Assembly (NCBI GenBank): GCA_951406725.2
Contig: OX597818.1
Coordinates: 68,386,001 to 68,450,000 of the forward strand
DNA from: Octopus vulgaris
Taxonomy: Eukaryota
DNA length: 64,000 nt
Reading direction: 5' to 3'
The notes under the pieces: generated by a model
What the model saw: only the letters and a program-made list of their open reading frames with translations
Databases searched by the model: none
What the model was told of the DNA's origin: nothing
Made by a program: the position numbers and the translations under genes
Shown here: positions 26,343-39,507 of the stretch, in pieces
How the letters are laid out: each line of letters begins with the position of its first letter
Numbering within the stretch: the first letter of the stretch is position 1

Positions 26343-26659
26343 AATCAAAGGTGAAGAACACAGCAAACGAAAATCGTCAAAACATAACAAGCAGGAAAAG
26401 GACGATGGCACAAAAACGACAAACAGGTAAAAAAACAAGACACACGGATCATTCGCAGCCAATTGCTTCTTCAGTCGGTGTCTGGAATGTCCACGTAAGT
26501 TTTGCCCAAACCTCTCCGATACTACTCGAAAGAAGTTGAACCAGGGGTTGAAGCTAAAGGCATTAATCCCCGGAGTAAAGCTAACGAATGTACATATACA
26601 AACACAAGGACATAACAAAGAGGAAGGGTCTTTCGACTATTGGACGAACGTATATATAT

Positions 26660-27000
26660 GCGGCTGCATTCTACTATAGCCTTGGGCCAGCATTGTGAGT
26701 AGATTTGGTAGACGGAAACGGAATGAAGCCTGGCGTAAATTTATATCTGTGTGTATGTGTGTGTGTGTATGTGCGCGCATGTGCTTGTGTCTGTGTTTCT
26801 CCCCAACTACCGCTTTACAACAGGCATTGGTGTCTTTACGTCTCCGTAACTTAGCGGTTCAGCAAAAGACATCGAAAGAATAAGTCCTTCACGCTTTAAA
26901 CGATAAGTATTGGAGTCGATTCCTTTGACCAAAGTCTCTTGAAGGTGGTGCCCCAGCATGGCCGCAGTATAACGACTGAAACACGTAACTGCTAAAAGAT
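26660..27000 (+). mobile_element. SINE family B
   Basis: GATTTGGTAGACGGAAAC, internal (TG)n, tail GGTGCCCCAGCATGGCCGCAG. Confidence 0.85.
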
Positions 27001-27898
27001 AACGCTAAAAGTTGTGTGAGCCTTTTTAAAACCTTGCTGTCCTAAAAAGTAAAGCAAACAACAACAACAATAACATTACACCATACTTAAGATGCTTTCT
27101 CACGTCTCTTCAAAGTAATGTGATGCTGCAACAGAGACAGCAGCAGGCGTCTGTAAAATTACGACATACTCAGATGCAACTGCATCTATTCTGCAGCCGA
27201 ACCGAGTGTAGCAAGTTTTATTTGATTTTCAATGGCTGAGAAGAAAATATAACTATTTCCAAGATAGAGTTTCTTTCCCTTTAATGTTCTCTACATATAT
27301 ATTGTTTTTTCTTTTTTCTTTTTCTTTTCTTATGGACCGAAGCAGTATTTCTCACAACAGAACACATATATAAACGTAGCAGTCATAAAAATTGCTTCCT
27401 CGCTATCTTAACCAAATAAAAATGTTTTTACTGCTTTTAAACTCATAGATACAACCTGGCGATTCTCTTTATTCTTTTACTGATTCCTATCACTCGACTG
27501 TGGCCATGGTGTGGGCAGTGCCTTCGAAGGTGCTCGCTTACCATATTGGCTCCAATATTTATTTCAGTCTGGTGCGTATTTTATCGTTCTCTAACATCAG
27601 ACTGCTAGGTTACAGAACACACTAAGAAACAATATAAGCAACCCTGGTTTCTATAAAGCTGGTGTGAACATGGATACAGACAAACCGTCGGTCACTGATG
27701 CCTCCTGGATTTGTGAGTAGGTGCGCCATATCTCTGTATGTCATAAGAAGTAGTAAGTAATAGGATTAGCATCAGAAAGGGCATCTTACAGTAAAATAGA
27801 GCGTGGCATGGTCTCATCAAACCCACACCAGCATGGAAGTGCGTACGTACATTGAAGATGATAATGATGATGATGATATATATGTACATATTCATATG

Positions 27899-27953
<55 letters not shown>

Positions 27954-28029
27954 TTGTATGTATATATATATTTATATATGTGTATATATATATATAAATA
28001 TAGGAGTTGAAACACTCCTGTCACAACCT

Positions 28030-28073
28030 GGGACCTTGAAGACTGCTTTAATGCAAGAAAGTACATTAGTCCC
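28030..28073 (+). ncRNA. Degenerate type I hammerhead motif
   Basis: GGGAC-CTTGAAGA-CTGC tttaat GCAA-GAAA-GTACAT-TA-GTCCC; 5-bp stem I, one extra base in the core. Confidence 0.5.
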
Positions 28074-28269
28074 TTAATGTTTTATATTCAATATTTCATC
28101 TATTCAATAAGACAATCGATACTTCATTTAATTTTACTCTCTATATATTATTTATACTATATATTCTATATTCTACACTAATATTATGTAGAATATAAAT
28201 AAAATATAAAAAGCAGAGTTGGAATTTTTTTTAATAATATATATCCCCCTATAGACAATCATACAAACC

Positions 28270-28312
<43 letters not shown>

Positions 28313-28323
28313 AACATACATAC

Positions 28324-28376
<53 letters not shown>

Positions 28377-28781
28377 TGTTTGCATACAGACAATGATGTA
28401 ATGAGGATTTATTGAATAAACTGAGGCAGATCAATGCGAACCACACTAATTGTGATGGCTAAAGAATCTGACACAAACCAAAAGATAAAGCAATGCCGTG
28501 CGTTTACAAAGAATGCATCAGTAAAGGAATGCTCTCTGGTGCCTACCTTCCTGCAAATCCAATGTTAACCAATGTTACACGGAACTTTAGGCGTGGCATA
28601 ACGCAAAAATAGTAAAACAGGCGAATGGATTTTAAGGCAAACCTACAAATGCAATCATGAGGAAATGCTATCGTAACATCTTACACGTCGGCATGTAGAG
28701 ACATACGATAGTCATAACATTATGTAATACGTCACATGGAATCTCTGAGACCTTCAAGTTTTAAAACAAGTAAAGAATAGT

Positions 28782-29073
28782 ATGTGGAGGAACATGGCCT
28801 AGTGGTTAGAGCAGCGGACTCGGGATCGCGGGTTCGAATCTCAGACCGGGCGATGTGCGTGTTTATGAGTGAAACACCTAAGCTCCACGCGGTTCCGGCA
28901 GAAGGTAATGGCGAACTTCTGCTGAATCTTTCGCCACAACTTTCTCTCACTCTTTCCTCCTGCATCTAGCAGCTCACCTGCGACGGACCGGCGTCCCGTC
29001 CAGGTGGAGAACCTATACGCCAAGGAAACCGGGAAACCGACCCTTATGAACCCGGCATGGCTCGAGAAGGAAC
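28782..29073 (+). mobile_element. tRNA-derived SINE family D with 18-bp target-site duplication
   Basis: A box TGGCCTAGTGG, B box GGTTCGAATCT; flanked by AAACAAGTAAA(G/T)AATAGT at 28764-28781 and 29074-29091. Confidence 0.88.
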
Positions 29074-30732
29074 AAACAAGTAAATAATAGTTCGATGCTA
29101 TATTAATGTATGACATGGCGTCTAAAAAGCCAATATACAGCTAATTCAACTATGCAAGTGGGCTATGCAAGTGGGCTGGCCATTCGGAATTGTTTGATTG
29201 AGACGTTTAGAAAATTGACATCAGAGAATAGCTGTGCAAAGCTACAGAAACCGTAGGTATAAGTGTTAAGAGCATTTATTATGACTGATTTGAAAGAAGA
29301 GTAAAAAGAGTTAATGACACAAATGGCATCTCTTATCTCTAAAAAGTCGTTCACTTCACCAACATAACGGGACTTTGTTATTTACAAATCCTCTTCTCAA
29401 TGATCCGATCCAGACTCATTCAATGCTTTGAAGTATGTAGTAGAAGCTATTAGCCAAGGAGAGAATACACTGGATTTTATTTCTGTAGTCCGTGGTGTAT
29501 TATATGATAAACGCTTAAATTTTGTAATTTTAGTTTAGTGCGGAGCAAATACAACCAATAAACTTACAACTAAATGAGGTACATATCAAATATATATATA
29601 TATATATATATATAGCGAATTGGGAAAATTTAGACAACAATAAACTAGCAGAGAGGGAAAACAATTGATTCATGAAGTTATTTATAGGGAAAATAAACAT
29701 CAGAGATGGATTTTACCCCCCTCCCCCTCCCCCGCTGAAACTGCAGGAGCTGCTCTCAGGTTCTGCAATCTTTTCTAAATCCCTTGCAATGCTGGAAAAC
29801 CTTCCATCTCGTCAGAAGATGTCTTGGGGCCACAAGGAATTCGCCCTATAACCTATACACTTTACTTACTGTCTGTTACCAACGCATAGCTATAATAAAT
29901 GGAGAGACAAGGACTTCTCTGCGTTGAATAAGTGGAGAGAAACGGATTAAAAATATAGGGAAACACAAATTGAGATGAATTTGATTGGTTGAGGCAGACG
30001 AGATATTCATGTAGGCAAAGACAGGTGTTTCTAAGCTTCAACTGGCATCCGATTCATAGATACATTATACAATTCTAGCTGAAATACAGGTATTAAAAGA
30101 ATTAAAAATCTAAAATAAATTCTGTTGAACATTTACTTAAAAGCTATGAATGAAAAATAACCGTAATTTATATGTAGAAATAGAATTCATAGTCAAGCTA
30201 AAAAGTATTTAAATTCACAATGCAATCATAGCCTACGAATCCAACTTTGCTATTCGTTGAGCTCTTCAATACATTTAACCCATTCTAAATTCTCGATGCA
30301 TTAGGATCCTAATTCCTTTAATTATTTTCTGATAAATTGTCTTTGTACTATTCATCGAAATAAATCTAAATGATGTAATCTAAATATTAAATCAAAATAG
30401 AAAAGTGTTATACTTTTAAATATCAGCTATTTGTATTTGTATTATTTTCCCTGGTTATGATATAAAAATTCCTTTTACCTATAACACACCGCTTTTTCTA
30501 TTTTAAACATGATGCCTATATGTAATATATTTAGTTATGCAATTCGTTAATATTAATTTATTGTTTATAATATATCGATATTGTATTGCATATGTATGCA
30601 TGTAGTTTCTTGCTTACTTAGGGTAAGATCACCAAATAAGTAGTCAATCCAGCGAGACATGAATATCATTTAATGTACGTAATATAAGAATAGAACCTGC
30701 TAATAGTTTTTTGCTGAAGAAACATGTGTCTA

Positions 30733-30850
30733 GGAGAGGCTGGTGTCCTCAAGTTCGCCAAAAGAAATTAGTCCATTTGCTTGCATTTGCTGACAATTTC
30801 GGATCCGTGAACAAATTACTTTCGGCGAACTGGTGGACACCACCCTCTCC
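30733..30850. repeat. 118-bp fold-back with ~37-bp arms (MITE-like)
   Basis: GGAGAGGCTGGTGTCCTCAAGTTCGCCAAAAGAAATT versus AATTACTTTCGGCGAACTGGTGGACACCACCCTCTCC. Confidence 0.7.
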
Positions 30851-33101
30851 GGATTCAGCAGCCGTCTCGTAGATTTGGACCCCACTACGTTAAATTATTC
30901 TAAAAACAGTCAATTGGTTTATAAGTTTTACGGTTAAATGGGGCATAATTCTCATTTTCTTTCTTTTCCCGTTTTTATTCAACGTTCAAATTTTTGCATC
31001 AAATTTGCTTTTGTTTTATCTCAAAATTTCTCATGTATAAGTTTCCTTAACTTCACATTTAACAGACCTTGCGCTGAGAGCCTGGAGATTGACTGGAGAC
31101 ACAAGGCGTGTTATAAAATCTTACCAAGACAAGTGTTTTCATAGCAAGAAACTATTAGAAGCTCAAATCTTTATACTGTGCACATTAGATTATATATTCT
31201 TTTATACATTTGTGTGTTTCATTCCTTGGGCTGCGGCCATGCTGGAGCAAGACAAATGTAATCAAATATTCAATAGCCAATTTTATGCGATTAGCTTTTG
31301 GAGAAGAAGGGAGTTCGACACGGCTGCCCTCTTTCGAGTTTTCTATACTGATACGTGTGTGTATATACATATATATGCGTATGTGTTTGTGTGTGTGGAT
31401 GTATATATGTATGTATGTAGAAGCAATTATTGGGATAAACAATTTAGGAACATCAAATATATTAAATATATTAAGTACAAAATATGTAAGTAGGAAGGCG
31501 CGACAATCCAGCCATGACAATCACATCTGTATTTAATATACAATACATATTAGAATTATAGGTGGCCAACTGGAAGCGTCGTCGTCAGCGCATTGGATAG
31601 ATTACTTTGTGTGAATCACTCCGGCTTTCTGCTTTACTACTTTCGGGGTAAACAAAGTATCGGTCTTACAATGGAATCAGTTCTTATTCACCTTCTTTGT
31701 ATTTTCTTTCTTTCGCATTTGGCAGAAGAAATTGACTGTGGCCAGATGAGGAACGGGTTGCGTTCCAGCAGGTCTGAAACTGTCTGTGACATGCCGCCGC
31801 ATGTCACAACCATGACATCTACAATTCCATTAAAACGTTATGGTCTTATAACGTGGGATGATATGTCTAGAATTCTACTATTACGCAACATATAACTTCT
31901 TTACTCATAGATAGGATGTGGTTCAAGGAAGGTTTAACTGTTATTTCTAGCGAACTGGGAAGCCATATGGAGACTCTTTCTCCTACTCGTAATCTAATAG
32001 GTGTTTCATTAACGTGCACTAGAAAAATCAAGTATTTCTATAGGTTTAATGAAGCCGTCTTTGCAATCATCTGACAAAGCGTTACCATTTGTTCTGGGGC
32101 CGTAATTCTTATTAGAAACTCTGTGAGTGATAATTACCGAAGAACATGCTTCATTAATCTGATCACACTTCGACATTGAATACCAGGTGGATAGTTACTC
32201 ATCTATGAAGGAATCCACGATAACTATTGAAAACATGACTATGGTGGAATCATCGCAAGATTTTATTAGTTTGTTAATCAATGAATGTATAGAACCTTTT
32301 ATTATGGTCAGCATTGGTTAGCAGAAGCAGTGGAGCAGTTGATGGCTTTCATTGTGCTCTTTCGAAATATTCCTTCATGTTTCTGAATTGCTGTGTCAGC
32401 TTTGATTTTCATTATTCTTGTTTTCAACAAAACAAACTACCAGAAAGTACCAGTGAACTATTGGGGATGATGTAATCTACAACACTTTTCTTTCTCAAAC
32501 TGTGGCGCCTTGTACTTGAGTCAGAAACTAAGCTATATCTTCTGAGTTCAAATTCAACTGAAGTCAACTTCCTTCTCGTTTGTTTTTTTTTTTTTTTGTT
32601 TTCTTAGAGTTGATAAAAGTACCAGTGATATACGCGGTTTGAAGAAATTAATAATATTCGCCTCACGAAACGTCTTCTTATATGCATAGTTGGCTAGAAA
32701 GCATTGCAATCAATAGTCACTGATAAATAGACATACGAGCTACTAATGGTTACTGATAGTTTAATGTATAATTTAATGCACACAGTACAAAGTGTGACGA
32801 AAACACTCTGGCCGAAGTACGATTAATATTAAAAAATAAAATAAAGCTGAAGCAAAGTAACACCAAATATATAGTGCATGCGCTTTTATTGGCGAAACTG
32901 GCAACATGACCATCCTCAAATACAACAATATCTGTTTCAACACACGATTTCACTTGCAAAACGAATATATAGACGTAATATATATATATACACATATGTA
33001 ATAAATTTAAAAAAACGAAGAACAAACACAAAAAAAGCAACAACGTGAGGACGTATTACACGTAAAGTATTAGTAGATGCTCAGGAATGGGAAGAAGGTG
33101 G

Positions 33102-33134
33102 TTTTACGTTTCGAGCAAAGCTCTTTTTCAGAAA
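33102..33134 (-). ncRNA. Minimal hammerhead motif with G8-to-A change (PLE type)
   Basis: Minus strand TTT-CTGAAAA-A-GAGC ttt GCTC-GAAACGTA-AAA. Confidence 0.55.
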
Positions 33135-33576
33135 TAGGAGACAGGATAATCCTATAGAAAAAGAAAAGGAAGTCCAATAGAAAAGGAGGAAAAAGATCGC
33201 CAATATCTATATACATATTCCTGTTCATATATATGCACGAATTCGTGTTTATATATATATATATAAACACACACACACATATATTATTTATTTAAAGGTT
33301 ATAATACATGTCATTGAGTGCCGCTAATAGTCTCATATGTTGAGAAATATTCAAACATATTCTTCATGCACAAACCACATATCATAAAGAACTAAAAGAT
33401 GTTGAATAATAGAAGAAATGCGAAAAAACCGAGAAGGCAACATATAGAAAACGCAGGAAGTAAAAAATGGAAAACGAAAACACGAAAATAAAATGAAAAA
33501 ATGAAAAATAAAAAGGTAAAAGAGCTATCCTCCTTAGACCTTATGTTAGAAGGCTGGAAAGATAGCAACAAATCAA

Positions 33577-33815
33577 TCAAGAATCGGTGGACTTTATACC
33601 AATTTTTGAAATATATTTATACATTAGTTTGCAACCATTGAACATTTCTGACCTAGGGTTCACTAGAACGTTAGGGAACTTAGATCTGAACAGGATCTGT
33701 GCTCTTTCCGCTAAACAAAGCCTACATTCATTCGATCCATTCACATAAGGTATAGATTTCTCAACTGCTTTCCACTTAATCACATGTGTCGTTTCGTTAT
33801 CTTTCAAATTCCATT
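33577..33815 (-). pseudogene. Penelope-like GIY-YIG endonuclease C-terminal fragment
   Basis: WNLKD...IKWKAVEKSIPYVNGSNECRLCLAERAQIL...VNPRSEMFNGC; homologous to about 36055-36260. Confidence 0.8.
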
Positions 33816-35770
33816 CGTAGCTTTACTTTTGTCATTATGTTGGTATGAGGCTTGGAGAGAGACACACACACACAAACAAATAGTGCTCTTAAAGCCAGTG
33901 ACTTCATAACATACTGATACACACCTACTGCTTTATCACATTTATTAATATAATACCTATAAGATAGCATGTTATAGAAGACTCAACAACAGTCGTTATC
34001 TATGCACAGAAACAATTGTAGTGATTTGCGATTAAACTTTGTTCATTCCATCTTCTTGTTTTATAAAACTTTATATAGGCATATAGATATACATAGTGTA
34101 TGTAGACATACATACACTATATATGTATTATATATGTGTGTCTATACGTGCGTATATTTACACAATCACATACGCACAAATACATATATATCCAAATATA
34201 TATATCATTTCCTAAGTAGTGGCATTCAGCTACATTGAACTTCTTCAAAAATGTACACTGCTATTCTATAGAAATTTTCTTTTAACATTTCATTCCTATA
34301 TAATGATACATTGACACATCGCCGTTCGTGCAATAAATAAAACTCATGGAAATATTTACATGTAAGTATTGAATCTCGTGTAAGATCAACACAACCTAGG
34401 TTAAACAAGAAATACATAACACAAACCGGTATATTTAGATTCGGGGGGGGCTTCTATGTCTGTTTTTTTTTTGTTCCTCACTGTTTTCCCTTTTCTCTCA
34501 ATATGTGTGTATATGCATGCTATATATATATATATACATATATATATATACATATATACATATATATATATATACATACATATATATATAAACATATATA
34601 TATATATTTATATATACTTATATATATGCATATGTATATAAACATATATATATACATACACATATATATATGCACATGCATATACATATACTGACAGATG
34701 CATTTATATATATATATATATATATATATACATTCACACATATATATGTACATATATCTTTGCATATATATGTATACACACACATATATATATATACTTA
34801 CATGTGTGTGTATGTGTGTGTGTGTGTGTGTATGTTCGGTTTTGCAAGAGTACGCTATCTGACTAGAAAAATAGACTTGGAATATTAATAAGGAATATTT
34901 TAACGCATATAAAAGAAATGAGTGACAGCTAAACAGAGTCGAAACATAGGGAATATCTCCAGTCAGTTGCAAAGTGAAACTCCACACTGTGTTAGCTTAA
35001 ATAGGTTTGAAATTATAAGTTGACAGCAAATTGGAATCTTTTTTAACAAGTCCATTGATAACAAAAAAACAAAATCGTAAAAAAGAAAAAAGAAAAACTG
35101 TGTCATCTTAGCAAGTAGAAGGAAACACTGCAACACAAAGATGTCAGCGATATTCATATCAGATGAAGTAAGATGGTGATATTCAAACATTTTTCTTGCT
35201 TTTGTTTTGCTTTTTTTTTTAGTATTTTTTAGTATTTTCTTTTCATCCTTCCAGTGTCAATGAAGTAAAATATTAAAGGCAAGTAGTTTGGGTTTATATA
35301 ATCTACTGATCCATTGATCCATTCTGCACAATTAAATACCTCGTGACAACATCATCTGGATCATCATCGTCGTTTGAACCCTAATTTTCCACAAGTTCAT
35401 TGGTTGGTCAGGGTTTATGAATCCAGAATTTCAATGGCCGGATGACCTCCATATCACCAACCCTCTCATGTATCCAAGCAAGGTCATATTTTACCATGAC
35501 CAGAATTCTTTTTGCAGAATTTTGGAAATAATTGACACCATTGCTATGACAATTCGCAACTATCCCTCGATGACAAGACAAGGAGAGACAAACACACACT
35601 CACTCACACAGGTACTCACACGCGCATACACGCATACACAACGAGCTTTCATTTTTTCAATTTCTGCCAGACAAATCCACCCATAAATATTTCAGTGGCC
35701 CAGATATATAATAGTGAACACATACATAAACTGACACACATACACGCACACACATACATTTATATGTATT

Positions 35771-36286
35771 AGCTGTGTACCTAATGTAAAAAAGATTTTA
35801 GTAAATAGGCCCACACCTAAGACAGGGGCAGGATGCTCATGTAGGGGTAACACAACATGTCCATTGAACGGCCACTGTAACATGGAGACCGTCCTATATG
35901 AAGCAGAGGTAACAACCATAGGACAAAATGGGCAACCAAACATGCGAAAGTATGAAGGAACAACTGAAGGCCCCTTCAGAACCCGCTTAATCAACCACAA
36001 GTTCTCCTTTAACATCCCGCAGAGAGGTAATACCAAAACCGTAGCCAAGCACGTTTGGTCTTTGAGAGAAAGCGCCACCGAGTACAAAATAGAGTGGAAG
36101 GTCTTGGAGAAATGTAATCCGTACTTCAATAACAGCAGGAAGTGCAGATTACGCCTGGCTGAGGAAAGAGTGATTTTAAAGAGCACCCAGCAGCCATGTG
36201 TTTATCTGAATAGCAGAAGCGATGTGCTTAACCCTTGCCCACATGAAAGGAAGTTTCTCCTATCATGCCTGCGTGCCCTATCATGA
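35771..36286 (+). pseudogene. Penelope-like element GIY-YIG endonuclease (Naiad-like, 5'-truncated, frame still open)
   Basis: SCVPNVKKIL...CSCRGNTTCPLNGHC-VLYEAEV-YEGTT-FRTRLINH-W-CRL-LNSRSD-CPH: Cys-rich linker plus GIY-YIG motifs typical of PLE endonucleases. Confidence 0.85.
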
Positions 36287-36618
36287 CTACAATCACCAGT
36301 CCCCTAGCCTCGGTTCCCCACCAATACTCAGGAATCCAGCAGAACATTCACCAACGCACCCACATACAAATATCCCATTTCCACGAGAACACCAACCTGA
36401 AAGACGCACACAGTTCTCACAAACACTTCATGATAGCTCTTACCGACTTACAGCATAACCAGCCCAGTGGTGATGCCTCGGTACCAAGGGACATAACTCT
36501 TAATTAAATCCGCTACTCGGTTCATTTCATCATCTCTACACAGCAAACACAAACCGGATATGTCCTTTCAGCTCCAACAATAGAGAGCAGTCAACATATT
36601 TCATTTCGTATCGGCTGC

Positions 36619-36697
36619 CTCTGATGAGTGTAGCGTTATATACTCGGATTGTTACCGAATACTCCATTGTACCCCTAGCGTGAAACCAATTAGTAAG
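36619..36697 (+). ncRNA. Hammerhead-like motif downstream of the PLE endonuclease
   Basis: CT-CTGATGA(36621)-long imperfect stem II-GAAAC(36682)-CAATTA-GTA-AG; stem I only 2 bp. Confidence 0.55.
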
Positions 36698-36737
36698 TTC
36701 ACTTGTAATGGATATATAATACTGTACACATCGGATA

Positions 36738-36778
<41 letters not shown>

Positions 36779-36890
36779 TGTGTGTGTGTGTGTGTGTATA
36801 ATTAAGAGAAATAACCTCAATTAAGCAATTCAATAATGAAAGATATCCATATCAAATCAGATAGAAAAAATTTTAATATATTATAATAAA

Positions 36891-37403
36891 CTAGCAGTAT
36901 CGCCCGGCGTTGCTCGGGTTTGTAAGGGAAATAACTATATAAGTATTTTTAGAGAGTTACTTCCCTTATAGATGCCAATTCGGGCTTTCTTAGCCATTTC
37001 TGTTTTGGTGTCTTCAAGCCATGAAGTCGTTATTCTAAAAGAACGCTGGTCTCCTTGACAACGCTTTACGACGTTGATTTCCTTACACTCCCTTCCCCAC
37101 AGCTTCACGAGGGAGGGAAGAAGGGGGAGAAGCAAACAGGTGCAGATGCGAGCGTGGACGCCAACTCCGCCGCCATCGACACACAAAAAATTATGCATTA
37201 AAATGGAATAAAAAATGATGTTAAATTATTTTTAAAATCGTAGACTTATCGTAGACGCGCGCTAATATCCAGACGGGCTCGATATGAATCACGACTATAA
37301 GATACCCGAATTTGGTTAAACTGCACCGCAAAATGTGGGAGTAGTTAGGAATCTAAATCGAAGGGGACAGACACTCACACAACTACAGTTATATATATAT
37401 AGA
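36891..37403 (-). mobile_element. Non-autonomous Helitron
   Basis: Minus strand A|TC...CCCGAGCAACGCCGGG hairpin...CTAG|T; homologous to 48073-48469. Confidence 0.85.
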
Positions 37404-38920
37404 TATTATTCAAAAAATCACTAAATTAGATAAACTATGTATATACACACAAAGTTAGCGTATTTAATCCCTGCTGCCCATATAGAAAACAACTCATCCA
37501 TGTTGACTGTGCAACCTCAATCTAAACTCACCGTCGTCAAATTTTGTTACTTTCGATTAAAAACTGCTGCCGCCAATATGCTTGTACCCCATTGGCTTTA
37601 TTAGTGAGCTTCTTCTGACTTGCACCAACATCGCATCTCCCTATGTGCAGTACACTATACAAAGAACTGATGTCGCTGAACAACCATTTTAAAGAAATGA
37701 TGTCGCTGAGTCCATTATGCCGTAACCTGATACAGTGATACTGCATGGTGTGAGCCAAGCAATGGAAACCTAAGGACCTAAAAGCCATCTTGATTTTCTC
37801 TCAGTACTCCACTCTGTTCCTAACATCTGATGAGATGAACCACTCGTACTCATGCACGAAACTTCAACCTATGTGAAGCTCAGTCAAACTATTATTATAA
37901 ATATATGTAGCTTTTACCAAATGTATTGAGTGCTACTCTCTTTTATTTGCACACTCACTCATGTGTATATGCATGTATATATGTATGTAAGTTTTTATGT
38001 ATATATGTATATCTACATGTTTGTATGTGCATATATATCTCCTTCACTCGTCCTCACATCAAGGCATAGTTATAATGGAGCCAGGCTGTCACACACGTGG
38101 AGTCTCTTATTTTCAGTCTTCCACGAAAACTTGCCTGGCCGTGAGGAAATAACACCTTACTTGGAAACGGGTGAATAGTGACAACATGAAAGCTATCCGT
38201 CCGTACAACGTCTGTCTCGGTGCAGCATGGAAAAGTTTATAGCTAAAAGATGATGACGATGATGATGACGACGACGACGACGGCGGCGGCGGCGGCGGCG
38301 GTGAAGATGATGACAGATACAGATAAACCATGTTGTCGAACATTTTTTCCTATAGTTTTAATAAACACCACTGACTTTTTTTCCTCGTTAATATAATGAG
38401 CTCTGTGATGAAGGAAATTAGAAAATTATCTGGAATTAGATGTCAAAGATTATACCAAATACCTGCCAATACATATTTATTGTCTAAAAATACGATGGCA
38501 CTATCCATACATCTGAATAAGATAACCTTTACAAGTTAGAAAGATACAAAATAAATAATTTATTTTATCGCACTGATATGATTTCTTACTATTCCAAATA
38601 TGATTAACACATGACCGGCTGTTACTCAAAAAAAAAACAAAAAAGAAAAAAAAAGGCAGAAAAACTTTATCTTACACAGAAATGTTTAAAAATTGAAAGA
38701 ATCATGCTTTGAAACATGTTATTAAATCGCCAGACTATGTCAGTATTGCATAAAAGGTTAGCATTTTCTTCAAAATTTGATTTATTTTGTTAACGATCTA
38801 TCAAAAAAATGTAGTCCTACCATTCATGCAAGCGCTATGATAAATGACTTGTAAACATTGAATAGAAAGTATTATTCTTTCGCAGAACGAAACATGGAGA
38901 ATATATATATATAATACTAC

Positions 38921-38975
<55 letters not shown>

Positions 38976-39507
38976 CATTGTATGGAACTGAAAGCAAAAG
39001 GAAAACGTTGAGAAATGAAGTAAATGGGATTATAACTAGAAGAAAGATATTCGTATGCATGAAAAGAGGGGGAAAAATCTACTGTTCAGAAAAGCGAAAT
39101 GTTGAAGCAGTAAAACAATCTAACGAAGGACTTATATCTCTATTATACAACACATGAAATCTTGATGTTTTGTGGAAGATTATAAAAGTTTTTGAAAGAA
39201 ACAGTAACTTTACTGTTATTGAGATATAAGAAGAAACAGGCAGATAAACATATCAGAAATACACACGATTTCTTTCTTTCAAATACAGAATATCTATTAT
39301 TTTACAAGATTACTCTGTTTTATTTCCTGCTGGTACCAATCCAGTGTGTACAGAGGGAATTATCCCCTGTTTTTATGATATTAACTTATTTGGGGACATC
39401 ATGCCAATACCTACTGATAAATGCTGGTAAATTCTTATTTCATGAGAGAAGTTCTTCATTGAAGCAGTTTACAGTGGAAGTAATATTATTACTGCCTGGG
39501 AAGACGA

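Noticed and set aside
26438-26483. Minus-strand hammerhead (CTGAAGA-A-GCA/TGC-GAATGA)
   Set aside because: Lacks GAAA and a UH site; possibly a decayed relative, not supportable from one copy.
28790-28850. Functional tRNA gene
   Set aside because: A/B boxes present but no full cloverleaf; continues into a SINE body with a TSD.
31495-31592. Minus-strand CTGACGA followed by a long stem
   Set aside because: No GAAA after the stem.
35771-36286. Selenocysteine recoding as reported for some Naiad PLEs
   Set aside because: The linker cysteines read TGT/TGC and there is no in-frame TGA before the terminal stop.
37826-37890. CTGATGA...GAAAC motif
   Set aside because: Stem I does not pair and the NUH site is out of register.
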